A model generated the notes under the pieces. The model was not told where the DNA came from, did no database searches, and worked only from the letters and a program-made list of their open reading frames with translations. A program made the position numbers and the translations under genes. Source: Camelus dromedarius (Eukaryota). Taken from it: a stretch of DNA of 64,000 bases. Position 1 is the first letter of the stretch, and every line of letters starts with the position of its first letter. The DNA is taken from assembly GCF_036321535.1 (NCBI RefSeq), contig NC_087436.1, positions 74,400,001 to 74,464,000 on the forward strand. The letters are read 5' to 3'. Below are positions 1 through 12,253 of this stretch, piece after piece.

Positions 1-564
1 TAATAGAGCAGGATTTTACCAGCTTTTGACAAGGATTCAGCTCCTTTTCAAAAGTCCATTAGTGAGGATAGTGTCTGCTTCCAAAACAAGGTCAGCATAG
101 ACATCAACTTCTCTGTTTATAAAAATTCTTCATTCTTGGGCCTGAAATGACAACTGCAGAAGGCTGCCACCATTTGAAGCCTGAGACCTGCTCACACACT
201 CAGCAGGCCTGGGCTCTCTGTAGCCAGCTGTGATCCTCTCTGAGCAAGCAGCCTCCCTTACTGCTCCTTCAGTTTCTCTTAATTTGAAAGATGTAATTGC
301 AGAACAAGTGGATATTAGTGATGGAGCTAAAGGGCACATCAAATTCCTGGCTATTTCCTAGTAAGAGACTTTGGAAAACTGAACCTTTTTAAAGCAGATG
401 AGCCCTGCAAAGCTGCATGGAAAAAAAAATCCAAACATTTCTGCCTTGGAGGTAGAAACTTAAACACCTATTCATTGCATAGATCTAAAATATAGCAAAA
501 TAAATAAATAAATAAATAGTTAAAATGATAAAATATAGCAGAGGCTATAAAAAAGAAACCTTTT

Positions 565-694
565 TTTTTTCTTTTTGAGGGGGGAGGTAATTAGGTTTAT
601 TCATTTATTTATTTAGAGAAGGTCCTGGGGATTGAACCCAGGACCTTGTGCATGCTAAGCATGCGCTCTACCACTTGAGCTATACCCTAGCCCC
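565..694 (-). mobile_element. Camelid tRNA-derived SINE (Vic-1-like)
   Basis: Reverse complement reads GGGG..GGGTATAGCTCAAGTGGTAGAGCGCATGCTTAGCATGCACAAGGTCCTGGGTTCAATCCCCAG with tRNA A/B boxes, then an AATAAATAAA..CCTAATTACCTCCCC tail. 12-bp TSD AAGAAACCTTTT at 553-564 and 695-706. Confidence 0.9.
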
Positions 695-1049
695 AAGAAA
701 CCTTTTGGAAATGCTTCCTGGTAGAGTATTTCCCCCACCCCAGATGCTGAGTTAGAGTCTCCTCTGGTTCTCATTATATTTTCAGAGACCTTCATTTCTG
801 GTATGTAACACATTCACCATGTGATGATGTGACAAACATTTAATTGCTGAGGAAATTGCTCAATGCATGAAACTCCACAATGTTGGATGTAGGCTTGATT
901 CTGTAAGATGCAGCTTGTAATCATTTTTAGCACCCATTGAAGCCTGGGGATAAATAACAGAATCAACTTTCCACAAGAGGCAAAGTTACAAATAGCTACT
1001 AATAGTCAAATGTGTACTCTGTGCCAGTCATCGTACTGTGTTTTATAAG

Positions 1050-1220
1050 CATAAAATTAACCCTACATCTGTGCAAAGGAGGAGATAGTATTGTTTTCCC
1101 TATATTATAGATGAGAGAACTGAGGCACAGAAAGGGTGAGAAATTTGCCCGAGGTAGTGGGAGCAAGGTTTTGACCCGGTCCTGTCTGACTCTAGAGGTT
1201 TTAAGTCACTCTACCATGCT
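1050..1220 (-). mobile_element. MIR SINE fragment
   Basis: TATAGATGAGAGAACTGAGGCACAGAAAGGGTGAGAAATTTGCCCGAGG resembles the reverse complement of the MIR core. Confidence 0.75.
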
Positions 1221-3194
1221 GCATCCTGGAATTCAAAAAGACTGGGGATGGGGGAAGGGAGGTGGGAGTTCAACATCTTACATCCGAAAACTCCAGCCAA
1301 TGAATTGATTTCATTTTAACATTTATCAATTGCTGTTGATTTACATTTAAATAACATTTTAAGATTTTTAAAAATTAATTTCTATATTCATTGTAGCAGA
1401 TACTTGAAACTGATATTCCAAAGTAGATGACTATTGTCTTCATATTTCATTGGTCACAGAGACGTTAGGATATCTAACTCAGTACCCAAAGCAAGAGTGA
1501 GAAGTGGGATTCAGTAGGACTTAGGTTCATAGTTTTAAGTATACTGTGCCTAATGAAGAATAAGAACTGGTGTATTTTTAAGTCAGTCGTCAGAAGTTAG
1601 AGACAAAAACAAAACACTTAACAAATTAACAGAGACAAATACATGCTTAACAAGTGTCTGTTCTATAGCTCTATAACTGGTGTGTCTCCCATAGCCGCTG
1701 CTTTTTCCTGAATTGCCATAATAGTTTATACTTCTTGCCAGTTTGCAGAAAATCAAGTCTTCTTTGACAGTACATATGTGCCCAGTCAAAGTGAATACGT
1801 GCAACTGGAATATATCCCCCTAGGGCTTTTTACTAGGTTGGAACGGCATTTTCCTTTGTCCAAATGGTATTTCCTTTGATGGGAGATTCCCTTAATGGCC
1901 TATTATTGGGTCTAACTTCCTTTATTTTATGCATACTCACATAAATATCAAGCTCATACTGTAATTCAAAGGAAATAATAGAATGGAAATATATATTTAA
2001 ACATTACTAGGTTAGGAGCTTTAAGGGGATCGAGAGGCTGTTTCAGTTAATTACTGGCAAAGCTGAACATTCATGTCAACAGAGTAGGTGGAGCGGGGAA
2101 AGACTCTAAAAGGCCCATAAGGTTTCGTGGAGAGTGGGAAGTCCCATTCCCTCTGGTGATATTTGAGCAAATCAGAAACACATGGAATTCCCTTTTCTCA
2201 AAGCACAGACATCTGATTACATCCAGCTCAGCCAGCATCCAACTTAAGATTCCAAAGATTGATCTGAGGCTTTGAGGACATGATGGTTTGAATCCTAGCT
2301 CCTCCACTTACTCATTTAACTGTGGGTGAGATACTTACCCTCTCTGAGCTGCAGTTACCTCCCCTCTCCCCACTGTTATGGATTAAATTACAGGAGAAAT
2401 GTCAGGCGCCTAACGCAGCTCCAGGCACACAATCTGAGGAGCGTGAGGAACGTGGCAGTGTCTGGCACACAGTAGGTGCCCAGTGAGGGACAGTGGCAGT
2501 CACTAATGGCATTCGGGGTTGTTTCTTCTCCGAGCCTACTCCCACCTTTGGCTCTTTTTGTTTGTTTATTAGTACCTCTACCACTGACTAGGAGGGAAAT
2601 AGAGAGAAAGGGGGTGAAAGCAATTAGCCCTTTAGACAGAGGAAGTGGTGAAATAAATTGCTGAAATTAAGTTTAGGGATTATATACAGATTTAATTTTT
2701 CTGTTTTCTGTCTGTCTCCTATTATCATAAGTAAGTGAGAGTTGTATCAGTAGCAACATCATTGTCTTCATCCGGGAGGGGCCTCATCAAATGAAGTGAA
2801 TTTTACATGATGAAAAACTGACCTACAACCCTCTCAGGAAACCAATACATACCCTTATTAAAAACAAAAACAAACAAATAATGACTACCCTTGAAGTGTC
2901 CCCAGAGTCACTGATATTACATGTGGGTGAGATGTTTTTCCCAGAGAGAATATATTTCAACCTGATTACAAGCCAGATTCATATCTAATTCTTGAGATTT
3001 TTGCTAAATTCAATAAACTGTCCTTTTCCTGTCATCTCTCATATCTCCTTATTGCTGTTTCAACAGCTTGGCCCTTTGAATTATTTTTTAACATTATATT
3101 TCAAGTTTAGCAGTTGTTTTGAACTCTGGAGATAATTGTCATCAGATGCCTCTTGCTTAGAAAATGCCTTTGTTTGGAGAGGCACCTGGTGAGA

Positions 3195-3365
3195 TACGCT
3201 GAGGTTCTACAACTTGTGACCTTGGGAAAGTTAACCTCTTTGGGCCTGTGTCCTCATTGGTGCAGTGGGGTTAACAGTACTTCCTGGAGCTTTGAGGGTG
3301 GAATGGGTTAGTATGTAAAAGCACCACCATGGTGCCTGACAATAAGTAGTAGACGTCCAGTAAAT
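3195..3365 (+). mobile_element. MIR SINE fragment
   Basis: GTGACCTTGGGAAAGTTAACCTCTTTGGGCCTGTGTCCTCAT...ATGTAAAAGCACC..GTGCCTGAC matches the MIR core and 3' end. Confidence 0.75.
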
Positions 3366-3451
3366 GCTCCTTCTCCTTTCTACCTCCACCCACGTGTGAA
3401 TTTAAACACCTGTTAGTTGGTAATAATGCTTTGCCTTTCTTGTGTTTTAAG

Positions 3452-3525
3452 GATGTGCTTTTGGGGGACAGCAGTGGCTTTGGTCGTGTGAAGGATCCAT
3501 GTTATTTGCCTGAGCCAGGACCCAG
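3452..3525 (+). CDS. SHROOM3: SHROOM3 internal coding exon (74 nt; human exon 6 equivalent), DVLLGDSSGFGRVKDPCYLPEPGP(R)
   Basis: Acceptor tgtgttttaag|GAT, donor CCCAG|gtacgt. Peptide resembles recalled human DVLLGQDSGFGLVKDPCYLAGPGSR. The phase-2 end joins the next exon in frame (AG|G = Arg). Confidence 0.9.
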
Positions 3526-4589
3526 GTACGTATGTGTTTATGATGCCCTCTACCTTGTGAATGCTGCTGGAGTTAAATGTTTCTGTTCCTCTCTACCAGA
3601 AACTGAAACGTGATGTTACGATGTTTCCTAGTGTCATGTGCTGCCTTTTCAGTTTGTCTTGGCCATGGGGAACTTCATTTTTTACTTATACACGCCTTTC
3701 TCTAAGAATACTATACATAATAGGTTTTGAACGTGCTCTGTTGAGGCAGTGGTTGACTTCTTGTAAGCTGAGCCTCAGAATCGTTGTGGTTGTGCTCTTC
3801 TCAGGTACATCCTCCAGCTCTCACACACAGGGCCTCCTTGTGTGGCTGATCCCTTCCACTCTGTGCCGGAGGATCGGGTCTGCAGAACAAAGCACTAGGG
3901 GAAGAATGAGCATTTCACGAACAGCTTCACAGAGCAAGACAAATGTGCAGGAAGCACTTGGAGTAAAAAAACAAAGCCCCAAAATCAAAAATTTAGGCAC
4001 TTAGATGGAAAATAGGAAAATCTTTTTTTTTTTTTTAAATTGCCATCAAAATAATTTCCCTTTGGTAGAAAAATTTAATGGACAAGTTTTTAGGATTTGA
4101 ATTTTTGAACTGTTCATTTGTAGCCTAATAAGTAGAAATTTCCAAATAGAGTTCAAATAGAGTTCCCCCTGAACCACGTGCCTGTATGTAGTTTTAATGC
4201 AGCATTGAGGCACTACCACTGTACTCTGTTATTGCTAATGCAGTACATTTAAACCCTCTCTACTACCCCCCATGTTTTTTCAAGCCAGTTACTTAATTTT
4301 TATAGTATTTCATTCAATCATTGTTTCTCTCTTTTTCTGTATTCACTTTCTCGATAACTCAACCTAATACTACCAGCATGATCAGGAAGTTGGTGTTAAG
4401 TTACCTCCTTCACTGCCAAGAGCAGCCTTCTGTAGTTATGTGCTCTTGCTCCTGTAGGTGTGCCTGTAGTGAAGAAAGTAGTCAAGGTGAGGCTGAGGAC
4501 TTTGGTGTGGGTGCACTAATTAAAAGCTACAGACAAGGGAAGACTAACAGTGAACAAGAACTCTGCCAAAAGAGAATTAGTCTGAAGGC

Positions 4590-5530
4590 TAAGGTGAAAC
4601 TAAACTCAACCACAAAAAAAATCAAATAGCTCAATTACAAAAAGGACTTGAATAGACATTTCTCCAAATGGCCACCAGGCACATCACTAATGATCAGAGA
4701 AGTACAGATCCAAACCACACTCATTAGGGTGGCTACTATCAAAAAAATATAAAAGTGCAAAAAAAGAAAAAGAAAAGTGCTAGTGAGGATGTGGTGAAAC
4801 TGGAACCCTTGTTGTTAAATGGTACAACTGCTATGGGAAGGAGGAAGATACAGCTCAAGTGGTAGAGTACGTGCCTAGCATGCACAAGGTCCTGGGTTCA
4901 GTCCCCAGTACCTCCTTTAAAAATAAATAAATGAATGAACCTAATTACCCCCCCCCCAAAAAAAAACTGCTATGGGAAAATGTATGGAGATTCCTCAAAA
5001 AATTAAAATCTATCATATGACTCAACAATCCCACTTCTGAGTATAAATCCAAAAGAATGGAAAGCAGTGTCTTGAAGAGATATTTTCATACCCATGTTCA
5101 TAGCAGCACTATTCACAATAGCAAACAAGTGGAAGCAACCCAGATGTCCACCTGTGGATGAATAAGATAAACCAAATGTGACGTATGCATGCAGTGGAAT
5201 ATTATTCAAACTTTAAAGGGAAGGAAATACTCTCACATGCTACAAAAGGGATGAGCCTTGAGAACATTGTGCTAAGTGAAATAAGCCAGTCACAAATACT
5301 TTATGATTCCACTTACAGGAGCTATCTAAAGGAGTCAAATTCATAGAAAGTAGAATAGTGATCATAAGGGCCAGGGGGAGACAGAAGAGTCGTCGCTTAA
5401 AGGTATAGAATTTCAGATTTGCAAGATGGAAAAGTTTTGGAGATCTGTTTTGCAGCAATGTGGAGGTGCTTTAACACTACTAAACTGAACATTTAAAACT
5501 CTTAAAGCAGTAAATGTTATGTGGGGTTTT
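4590..5530 (+). mobile_element. L1 (L1MA/MB-type) 3' fragment: end of ORF2 plus 3'UTR, interrupted by a SINE
   Basis: Typical L1 3' motifs: GACTTGAATAGACATTTCTCC, CATAGCAGCACTATTCACAATAGC, GGAAGCAACCCAGATGTCCA, GAACATTGTGCTAAGTGAAATAAGCCAGTCACA. Confidence 0.85.
4840..4964 (+). mobile_element. Camelid tRNA-derived SINE (Vic-1-like) nested in L1
   Basis: CAGCTCAAGTGGTAGAG..GCATGCACAAGGTCCTGGGTTCAGTCCCCAGTACC..AATAAATAAA..CCTAATTACCCCC. 14-bp TSD AACTGCTATGGGAA at 4826-4839 and 4965-4978. Confidence 0.9.
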
Positions 5531-7337
5531 TTAACCACTTTTTAAAAATGCTATGAAGGGAAAAAATGAGACTAATCACTTCATTCTTGAATATTAAGAT
5601 TCCTGGATACTATCAACCGATGTTTGCCTCTCACACTCTTTTATAGAGACTGAAACAAAAGCTTTTTGACTCTATTCTTTATTCTTGGAAAACAATCACC
5701 AGGAAGAAGTATACTCAACCAAATCAAGCATTTAACTCAAATATTACCTTTAAAAATCGATAGTTTAAGTATAGTTCCTGTAAACTAAGATGATTAAACA
5801 TAAACTAAAAACATCCTATCAAGGTTTATTTGGGCTGGATTTTTAGAGGATAAATATTATTTTATTGTGTGTTTTAGTGATGTCTCCCCTTTTTAAAAAG
5901 CCTCAAGATATAAATATAATAAAATAAAATGAAGGTACCTGAATTCGTCCTTAAGACATCAGATTCCAGTTGTTCTGTGTCCTATTAGAGAATGCTAAGT
6001 TTAAAAATAGTTCACGGCCTATAGTCTAAACAGCAGTTGGGCAGGACAGACATCGTTTCTTCAGCAGACTTTTACTGAGAGGGTACATTGCGCCAGGTGC
6101 TGGGGATACCGAAAGAACAAGACACAGGAGTAAAGAGCACCCGCGGTGAGCCTCCTGCCCCTGGGGTTCTAGTGGACCCATCTGAGAACCACCAGGAAGT
6201 ACAGAATAGCCAGTCTTGGGTATTGGGAGGTTCCCGATGAAGAAACTGCCTCTAAATAAAAAGGGTCTGTGATGGGAGGGGAGGGTTTGCATCTGAGAGG
6301 GAAAGGGGCCTCTTACTCAGCCATCTGCGTTTATAATAAAGACAAAGTAAGGGCGCAAGAGGAGCCAGTTTGGTTCTTTGGGGTCTCTTCCTTCTGGGTG
6401 CCGCGTTACCCCGCCATCCGGCACTTAGACAATTTGGTGGCAGGCCTGTGCCTGGGCTCTTACTTGGGACTGAGCCATAGCTCCTTTGGGACTCGGGTCT
6501 ATAAAATGAAAAGTGCCATCTGCTCTCCAGATTCACTTGCACGCTAGTTGGGAGCTACAAATGTGGGATTTGCAAATTATGGTGGATAGCTGGAGATTTT
6601 TTTTTTTATCCTCACATTAACTGGTGCATGGCAGGAAGTGCTATAGATGTGTTTGTTTTGTTCTTTTTTTCTTCTGAACACAATAACAAAAGTGTTGGAT
6701 GTTGTTGGGTTTTCCTTGGTGCCTGGAGGACAGCTGTTTAAATCAACATGCACCCTATTTGCTCATTATTGTCGGGCTCTTTCTCCAGAGGTAGTTGCTT
6801 ATTAGCTCCTTAGATGTGACTCTCCTTTTCTTTTAACTTTCTATTTTAAGAAGTGGAAAACACTGGGAGACTAAGAGAAAGTTGTAAATGACACCTTTAG
6901 ATTCAGCAGCCCATGCAAATGTTTTCCAAACAGACCTCCCCCGTGGGGCTCAGACCCAGAGAGGATGAGGGTGAGGTGACACTCTTCCCCAGAGTCAGGA
7001 GCTGGTTCCCAAACTAGTCTAAAAGGAGCTGAAGAAATGTACCTGCTCGTTTCCTTTCATATCCTGAAGCCTGTCCTCAAAAGCCACCCTGGGTGAGGGA
7101 GGGACAATGAGGGAGGGTAGTTAAAAGGAAATGGCTTGTGACATTTTCCTGTAAGGTGTATGCCTACCTGGGATTTCATTTAAAGTTGGTTCTTTGTATA
7201 AGCAGCCAGGGGAAGGCTTTGCAGCCCCCTGGGGGCCCTTCTCCCCATCAAATGTTTTTCCCGTCTGTGTAATGCACGTTGGGCTCAGTGTTTGCCCTGT
7301 CTTCAAAGCTAACCCTCCTGTCTGTATCCTGCTCCAG

Positions 7338-8153
7338 GTCATTCAGCTGTTTCGAAAGAGGCCTTGAAGAGATGCCATCGCTCAGACACCATCCCAGCCC
7401 TCGTTGGGGGAGTTCAGGCTGCAAAGCAGGTGGCAGTGCTTCCGTGGCCAGCGAGGGTCCTGGAGCTCCGGACCCTCCGAGGCCTGCTGGCCGAACGCCT
7501 TGCCCCCAGCCGCTGCCCAGTGGAGCGCAGGGGCATCTCCCAGACCCCCAGGCTGCGCCCCTGAGCCCGCTCGGCTCAGCCCCGCCTGCTCCTGGCCCCT
7601 TGAGCACTGGCAGTGACGAGCAGCAGCCTCCGCCACCCAGCACCCCAGCAGGGACCCCCAGAAGCAGCGGGCCCGGCAGCCCGGAGCGCGGGCGGGAAGC
7701 GGGAGCAGGGAAGCGGGCCTCACCGCCCTGGCTGACGCGGGCCCACGCGGTCAGAGAGGACAGAGAGGACAGCCTCCCCGGGGAGCCCGCGGCGCCCGCC
7801 TGCGCCGACCTGAAGCCCCGCACGAAGCCGCAGGACCTCCCGAGCCCCAGCAGCACTTCCGACCCAGACACGCCTCTCAGGGCCCCCAGCTCCCCGGGTA
7901 GGGTCTCCCTCCGGATATCTGAATCTGCGTTGCTGGCCTCCCCGCTGCCTCCGGAGGACTATGACAACGACGAGGTGTTCGTGAGGGACCTGCGCCCCAC
8001 CTGCCAACCAGCGCCTCTCCCACCCCCGCCTCCTCCGCCCAGACCCAGCGACGAAGCCCCGGCCGACAGCCTGGACGACTTCCCTCCGCCTCCTCCCCAA
8101 GCTATGTTCCAGGCCCAGTGGGACAGTGAGGGCTACTGTGAGCCCCACACCAG
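7338..8153 (+). CDS. SHROOM3: SHROOM3 large proline-rich coding exon (816 nt; human exon 7 equivalent)
   Basis: Acceptor tcctgctccag|GTC, donor CAG|gtgaga, phase 2-2, open frame (ORF 7279-8157). Contains SHROOM3-like motifs STSDPDTP, PGRVSLRISES, DEVFVRD, PLPPPPPPP and DDFPPPPP. Confidence 0.95.
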
Positions 8154-9200
8154 GTGAGACTGCAGACTACGCCCCCAAGGGGAAGGATCTCCCTCACCAG
8201 TAAGAGGTTTCCATGCTTCAGGCTTCACGGAGCTGCTTCTGCCGGCCACAGGACAGCCCTGTGGGGGATTTTTAGAGGAGCCCAGCTCCTGAAACGTGCA
8301 GAACGGTTCACTTGTTGACCTTGGTGCTCATTGGGCAGCCAAGGGTGAGAGTAGTGAAAATGGAAGCCAGAACCCAAGAGGTATAAAGGTCATTCTGGAT
8401 GTGGCAGGTTCAAGGGGTCCAAATAAACAGCATTCCTCTTCCCTGCCTGAGTTCTGAATCAGTTAAGATATAAAGTAAAAGAGAAGAGAAGAATATCACT
8501 TGCATTATCCAGAGAGCTGGTAGTGGAGAATATGAGTGTAAGCGGGCCTCCTGATACTGAGCCCTGAAATGATGAAGCAAGGTTACCTGCCTCATCACAG
8601 GCTGTGCTAGACACACATACATGCAGAGCGGGGACATGTGTGAGCATGCTGGAGGGAGCCTGGAGGCAGCCTCACTTTTTAAAGAAAGAGAAGAGGTTGG
8701 ACCAGGCATGGGCTGTGGTCAGCTTCTCTTTGCAGAGTCACTCCATGCCCATAGGAAGGAATAAAGAGTAGGGCTAGCAGTCAGTCATGTGTAGAGAAGA
8801 CCTCTTCTTGGACAGGGGAATGGGGAGGAAGCATTTCCCAACACACACTCCCCAGGACAGCACTAAAAACACATTGCCTGGTAGCACCTTTGTGGTAACT
8901 TCCTCTAAACACCACCACTACCCTCTGTTCACTTTCAGAAAGCTCTAGATTCTGAGAGCCACACCCACCAAAACTGAATTCCTACTAGATCCATCCCCCT
9001 TAAAAAGTCACACAACCTCCCTGTGACCAACCGGTGGACTTGGTTGAAGGTCCTTTTGAACCCTGCAGTTTCTCGGGAATAACAGCCCAGAAGCTCCTGA
9101 CGTTTGTAGGAAGCTGCAGGCCTTGTGTGCAGATGTCTCCCTGGCTTCCTTCACCCCTCTGCTGACTCCTCTTCCATCTCTTTTTTAATATCTCTAGCAG

Positions 9201-9713
9201 CTCCAGCAAACTTGCCAAGGTGACAGTTGCCAAGGAAAGGCCCATGCCTGGTGCAGCCCATTTGGTTGATAGTCAGATACTGGCTTTGGCTTCCAGATCC
9301 CAAACTTCTATCAAGAGTTCAGAGGCCAATGAGCCCAACTCGCTCTCCGCCACCGGTGCTCTGCCTCAGCCTGCTGGGTCTCTCAGCAAGCAGCCAAGCC
9401 CAGGGCAGCCACCTCCCATCCAGACGCAACGCCTCGTCCATGACCCAGTCAGTGGGCCTCAGGGTTTAGAAAAGAATGTCAGTTCTGGTCCTCAGAAGAC
9501 CTCAGAAGACATCAGAACAGAGGCTCTGGCCAAGGAAATTGTCCACCAAGACAAATCTCTGGCAGACATTTTAGATCCAGACTCCAGAATGAAGACAACT
9601 ATGGACCTGATGGAAGGTTTGTTTCCCCGAGATACTAACTTGATGCAGGAAAACAGCATAAAGAAGAAGGCCATGCAGAAAATTGTCAGCTTCCCAGGAT
9701 GTGAAGCCAAGAG
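9201..9713 (+). CDS. SHROOM3: SHROOM3 coding exon (513 nt, or 516 nt from the alternative acceptor at 9198); start of ASD2 region
   Basis: Acceptor tctctagcag|C, donor GAG|gtaagt, phase 2-2. Encodes TSEDIRTEALAKEIVHQDKSLADILDPDSRMKTTMDLMEGLFP, the conserved Shroom ASD2 N-terminal block. Confidence 0.97.
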
Positions 9714-9899
9714 GTAAGTCCCTGGTAATGTCACCAAAGAGACTTAAAACTGAACTCCTTCTGTGGGGGTGATAAGTCTAGGACTGCTTATCTGAGATCT
9801 TTCTCCTTCCAAAGATCCTGACCCCAGAGTGACAGTCCAGCTCAGCCTTAGAGGAGTGGGTCTGATCTCCCTAGAGTTATTTGCCCAACAATAATAGTA

Positions 9900-10140
9900 A
9901 TAATAATTATAATTGCTATTGATACCTGTTGCTTATGTTCTCTGTGTCAAGCATTGTATTAATTTCTTTATATAAACATTCTCATTTAATCTTCACAAGA
10001 ACCTTCTGAGATAGCAACCCATTTTATCTCCATTTTATAAATGAGGAAACTGAAACACGGAGAAATTAAGACTGTACCCAACCAAAGTCACAGAACCTGT
10101 GAGCAAAGGCATCTGTGTGCTCTCAGTGCTTACACAGTGC
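9900..10140 (-). mobile_element. MIR SINE
   Basis: CTCATTTAATCTTCACAAGAACCTTCTGAGATAG..CATTTTATAAATGAGGAAACTGA..CAAAGTCACAG is the reverse complement of the MIR core. Confidence 0.8.
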
Positions 10141-12253
10141 CCCTAACCCAGCACAGGTGCAGCTGCCTGCTCTCTGCCAGGGCTGCCCCGCAGAGAGCCC
10201 CACCCGGGGCAGTGCTGAGGGACGACCAGGTGGGAGTCAGCACGGCCGAGGCCTCCCCAAGGCCGAGGTGTGAGGGCGGTCTTGTAGAAAGGGTGAGAGC
10301 CTAGAGAGACAGGCTGAGGTACTCCACTGACATTCACTCTGAGGAGGTAGGGTGAACGTTTGCTCAAATCCTGAAAATCAGGAAAGGTCTGAACTGCAGT
10401 GCTGTCGTGGTTTTGTTCAGCCGTGGGCCTCGTGCCTGAAGCTCCCCCGGCAGTGTCCCAGCGCCCAGCCACGTCCAGTGGGAGGGCCCCGAGTGGTCTG
10501 TAGTTTTCTTGCTTTCAATTTCCCCTGGGGTATTGCAGTATCTTCTTGCATGTTTGATTCCCTTAAAGGACAACTATGGGAGAGATGTAGAGTGCTTTTT
10601 ATTTTCTCTTAAATTTTCAGTGAAAACTATATGGATCAACAGACTAGAAGTCCACAGTTAGTGGCTTTTAGACTAAACAAAATCAGGGAGCATTTCATTT
10701 AAATTCGGGCTTGCATTTTAGAAATTTCCAGCTGATCCTAACTAAATGACTAACAGGAACACCATGTTTTGGGTTGAGGGGAGGGGAGAAAGGAAAGAGC
10801 TGTGTAGTACTTACAAGCTGTCTGTTATGTTACTGGAAGCTCTCCTGATACAAGGCCTCAGCAGTCCCCTTGTCCAGCCCCTCCTTTTTCAGATTTGGCA
10901 GAGGCTAATTGAGGAGAAGTGGCTTATCGAGTGTCATGTGTTTAGCAAACATTTCCTGAGCAGCTGCCATGTGCAAAGCAGTCCAGTGGGTCCAGGTGGG
11001 ACCCCCAGAGGAGTCTCTATGGATGTGCCAGTCAGTTCACTAGGGGTGGTGGTTCTCCGACCACTTGCCATAGGAAGACCAAAGTCATTTACAAGTACGT
11101 CCTTAGAAAAGTGTTTCCTAGCATTATCATTGAGAACAGAAGTTTAGAACCGATGGTCACGTAGCTTTTGTAGCACCGAGAATTTCCTGAGGAATTTCAA
11201 AAGGATGGCAGGTGGTGCCACCTTCTGGTAAAAATGAGCATTGTCCTGTTGTGCATGAGATTGCGCAGAAAGCCACTGCGAGTTTTAGTTAATCAGATGC
11301 CCAAGAAGCCCATTTGTTAGGCAGTGAATGTATCTGGGGGGAAATCATTTATCAGAAGGCCTTTTCCCCATTTTTTTCAATGAACTGAATTAATGTAACT
11401 ATATTGTTTAGAGGAATAACCTCATCAAATAGGAAACTAGTCAGAATGACTTTTTGGTGGTTCTTTATTCCTTATTAAAATGATGGTCTAGATGTTAAAT
11501 AACGTCATAAGGTTACCTCTCCAAGAGAACCTAATTACACCTATAGAATTATCCAGTGAATAGGATCTGACCTATAGAGTCTGAAAGGAAGCTTGGTTAT
11601 AGTAAAACAAAGAACACTAGTTATCAGGTTATCAACTTCCAGTTTGCTCTCCAGCCTTGCAACCCCCTTGCTGTGTAATCAGCGAGTAGAGTTTACATCT
11701 TGTATTCAATCGTTGTTGATCGGCAAGCTCCAGGTTTCCCAGGCATACATGGAGCCTCAGGCTTACGTGAGAAGGAAAGTTGGTGAGTGTCCAAGCAACA
11801 ATTACAGTAGGCATCCGAAAGATTGTGGGTAACCATGGAGGAGTAGAAAATAATTAACCTCAGACCTGAGATTTGTGTAGCACCTTGAAAATAGTTTCGC
11901 ATTGACTAAGTCATGGTTCCTCCTTGTTATTCTGTGAAACAGGGAGTCGGCTTCATTCTGATATTTATCACACAAGGAGAAACATGCAGAGAGGGTAAAT
12001 GTCATCTGGCAAGTCTCCACAGTCCTGACTCCCACTCCCCTTCCCAATACTGCCCTCAGTGGTTTTCCTGCCTTCAGTAGCCCTACATGTAGTCATCAAT
12101 GACTAGTGAATATTTCTTAGCTAGTTCATCCTAACTTCTGGGAAGATATTGAATAGAACTTGTTTACACATTTCTGAATGGACAGGCTCGTAGTGGAATG
12201 AAGCTTCTGTTGTGTGCTGTGTGTGGCTGTACTTTTTGTTCTTTCTGACCCAG

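Noticed and set aside
3449-3451. Non-YAG (AAG) splice acceptor of the 74-nt exon
   Set aside because: AAG acceptors are a known minority class, and exon size and frame are normal.
7248-8148. Long antisense and alternative-frame ORFs over the large exon (207 aa, 142 aa, 113 aa)
   Set aside because: Shadow ORFs of a very GC-rich coding exon, where stop codons are rare; no independent support.
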